Positions 61,765-64,000 of a DNA stretch of 64,000 bases are shown here, piece after piece. A model generated the notes under the pieces. It saw nothing but the letters and a program-made list of their open reading frames with translations. It was not told the DNA's origin and did not search any database. This stretch comes from Octopus sinensis (taxonomy: Eukaryota). The stretch is from NCBI RefSeq assembly GCF_006345805.1, contig NC_042998.1, positions 152,644,001 through 152,708,000 of the forward strand. Direction: 5' to 3'. The translations under genes were made by a program, and so were the position numbers. The first letter of the stretch is position 1, and every line of letters begins with the position of its first letter.

Positions 61765-62039
61765 TTTTAGATGGTGTAGGCCATTGTTGAGCCACCTAAT
61801 ATGACTCTCAGAAGGCTGCAATCTCGCTGGTAGTAAACCTGGATGAAGAACATGTAACTTTAAACACGTTTATTGTGGCCACACATATATTCACAATGGA
61901 ATGATAAATAGAATGGTTGATGGTAAAGGTTATAGTCTTCTGTGCTCTGCTCCAATCTGCAAACTGGCATAAGAAAGAGCCACTCAAGTTGTTTCCTCAC
62001 AGCTTGCGTGTCAGTGAAGAAAAGAAGGAAGAGGTCACA
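61765..62039 (-). repeat. 5' LTR of Gypsy element
   Basis: Begins TGTGAC on the minus strand; followed by TGGTGACC. Confidence 0.88.
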
Positions 62040-63394
62040 TGTCTGAATCTTAATGTTGCATAATGCCCTCTATATTGCCAGCTTATTTAACCTGCTGTCA
62101 AGGGGAGTAATGTGCTTACAGTATGATTAAATATCATACAATATCAATTCTCAATTGGGACCAACTACAATTGAGAAGAGAAAATAATCTCAAGAATTAA
62201 GAATTCTCCAATACTAGCATGTCATTAAGGAAAAGACAGTCTGGTTGTTAAGAGGCAACAAGATAGATTCTTTCTTAAAAGCAAATTAACTAAGCCAGTT
62301 ATGTGCTCTATTCCTTTTTGCACATGTCTATCTTGTATAGAATTTGATATACCTGTATTTGTCATTGCTGCTTAAATACATATCACTGGCCAATCTGAGT
62401 TATTTCTCTTTATTCATTTTCATTCTATTTATGTGAATTACCTCAGCCATAAATGTGTTTGACTCTTGTATATGTCTAAGTGTCTCATATGCTGGAAATA
62501 AAGTCAGACAACTCACATGCAGAAAATATCTATTGATCTAGAAACACATGTCTACAGCTATCCTCTTGTCTTTCTACAATTAGGCTGTTTTTTCCTTAAC
62601 TGCTTGTCAATTTTGGAAAATACTTGATTCTTGAGATTATCTCTTCAATTTGAAGATGGTTCCAACTGCCACCAAACAATTTTTCTCCTATCTACAGTAG
62701 CAGAAAAGTTTCAACAAATCGAGAATCAATCTTGTATTTAATACCTCCTTATATATAGAAAGACCACAAATGGGGTTTAAATTTTACAACAGCTGTTTCA
62801 GCAGAATTATATTGATATATTAATAGATTACATCATAGCATAAATCCACCATTGCCAGGTACAATGTTAAAGAGGTATAAATGAGTAAGCAAGGTAAGAC
62901 CTTGATGATAATATACACAACAAACAACACATTAAATAAGAGATGTTCTGAAAAAGAACATTCAAATTTATAGAGGAATCAGACATATAATACGCATGTG
63001 AGGAGCAAATAGATCAAACACTCCGTTATTTCAAGCAGTTATCATAATTAGTTTATAGCTACAACCTGCTGTGAATGAGTGCATGAAAAAGACAAGTTGT
63101 GGCTAAGATATGATGTTAAGGTCATTAAAACTAGGAAGATATCTTGTCAGTTAAATGCGACAAAGTAAGCAGACCTTGGGGTAGGATAAAGACATAAAAC
63201 TGTCATCACCATTTTATGCTAGTACATACACACATGTACAGACATACCCAATCATACACACCTGTATGTACACATATGCACACACACCCATATATATATA
63301 CACACAGACATACATACACACATACATATATATGCACACAGCCCCACATTTATATAGTTATATAAAATACAGAAATATAAACTAAATAATGATA

Positions 63395-64000
63395 TGAGGT
63401 CTTATCAATAAATATCCGGGCTGCTGCCATAGTAACGAAACTAAAGCACGCACACTAAGTTTTAACATTCAAGCTCACTTCTGCTGTTTATAGCAGTGCA
63501 TGGAAGGAAGGTGTGTAGTGTGTGATTGTTGAATTGACCATGACAGAGAAAGTTGTCATGGCGATACCTGCACAGAGGCCTATGCAAAGTTGCAGAAAGT
63601 GTATGGAGAGGAGTGTATGAGCTGCACACAAGTGTATGAGTGATTTAGATGTTCCCAAGATGGCTGAAAAAATGTTGATACTGACAAACGTTCTGGGAAA
63701 CCTGCAACCAGCAGAACTGAGAAAAAATATTGCAGATGTGTGTGCAGTTGTGAGGGGAAATTGTCAGATCACCATCTGTAACTAATCTGCACATCAGAAG
63801 ATGTGCAGATTAGTTACAGTTCAGTTCAGTCCATTATCACTGAAGATTTGAGTATGAGACATGTGTTTGCCAAGGATGTGCCAAAACTGCTTTCAGCTGA
63901 CTAAAGAGACACTCAGGTTTCATTGCACAAGATCTCCTTGATTGAAAATTTTTTGAAAACTTTGCATAGGCCAAAATTTGATGCAGATTCTCTGCCCAAC
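63395..64000 (+). mobile_element. mariner-derived non-autonomous element, second copy (runs off window)
   Basis: Reverse-complement homolog of 45150-45785, including the terminus aggtct(t/g)atcaataa(a/g)tatc. Confidence 0.88.

Larger units (their letters stand above)
58988..62039 (-). mobile_element. Ty3/Gypsy LTR retrotransposon, internally deleted and decayed
   Basis: Direct LTRs at about 58988-59284 and 61765-62039; PBS-like TGGTGACC next to the 5' LTR; gag start (PQYHGDAKMWFSQLE); RT thumb/RNase H (FIGLINYY, VDASS, AFFSRQL, FTDHKPL); integrase H2C2 (HSLSH...CLPCQ) and core. Confidence 0.93.

Noticed and set aside
57100-64000. Further upstream MAP3K exons (donor-like sites at about 57966, 58326 and 62353)
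   Set aside because: The required phase-1 frame contains stops at each; the preceding exon probably lies outside the window

Overview
AT-rich, repeat-dense animal genomic DNA, most likely octopus or another coleoid cephalopod. That call is an inference from the repeat families: RTE LINEs with (GAT)n tails, tRNA-derived SINEs and abundant (TA)n. Two intron-containing host genes lie on the minus strand and were assembled by hand from GT-AG sites with consistent phases. (1) The last six coding exons of a Rabin8/RAB3IP-RAB3IL1 (Sec2-family Rab GEF) gene span 17817 to 5398; its upstream Sec2 coiled-coil exons could not be found. (2) The last three exons (SAM domain) of an ASK-family MAP3K (MAP3K5/MAP3K15) span 57096 to 50437. 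The rest is mostly decayed mobile DNA: several RTE LINEs, a rearranged CR1-like LINE cluster, three Penelope-like elements, a HERO-like RLE retrotransposon, a deleted Gypsy LTR element, Helitron, mariner and pogo remnants, MITEs and SINEs. A 100-N assembly gap sits at 37125-37224. The most notable observations are a composite inverted templated insertion with a microhomology junction, several minimal hammerhead-ribozyme-like motifs, a LINE ORF1 with Myb/SANT-like plus CCCH domains, a permuted LINE arrangement, and foldback elements flanking a host exon. I found no convincing wholly new multi-gene system. All family assignments come from recalled motifs, not database searches.
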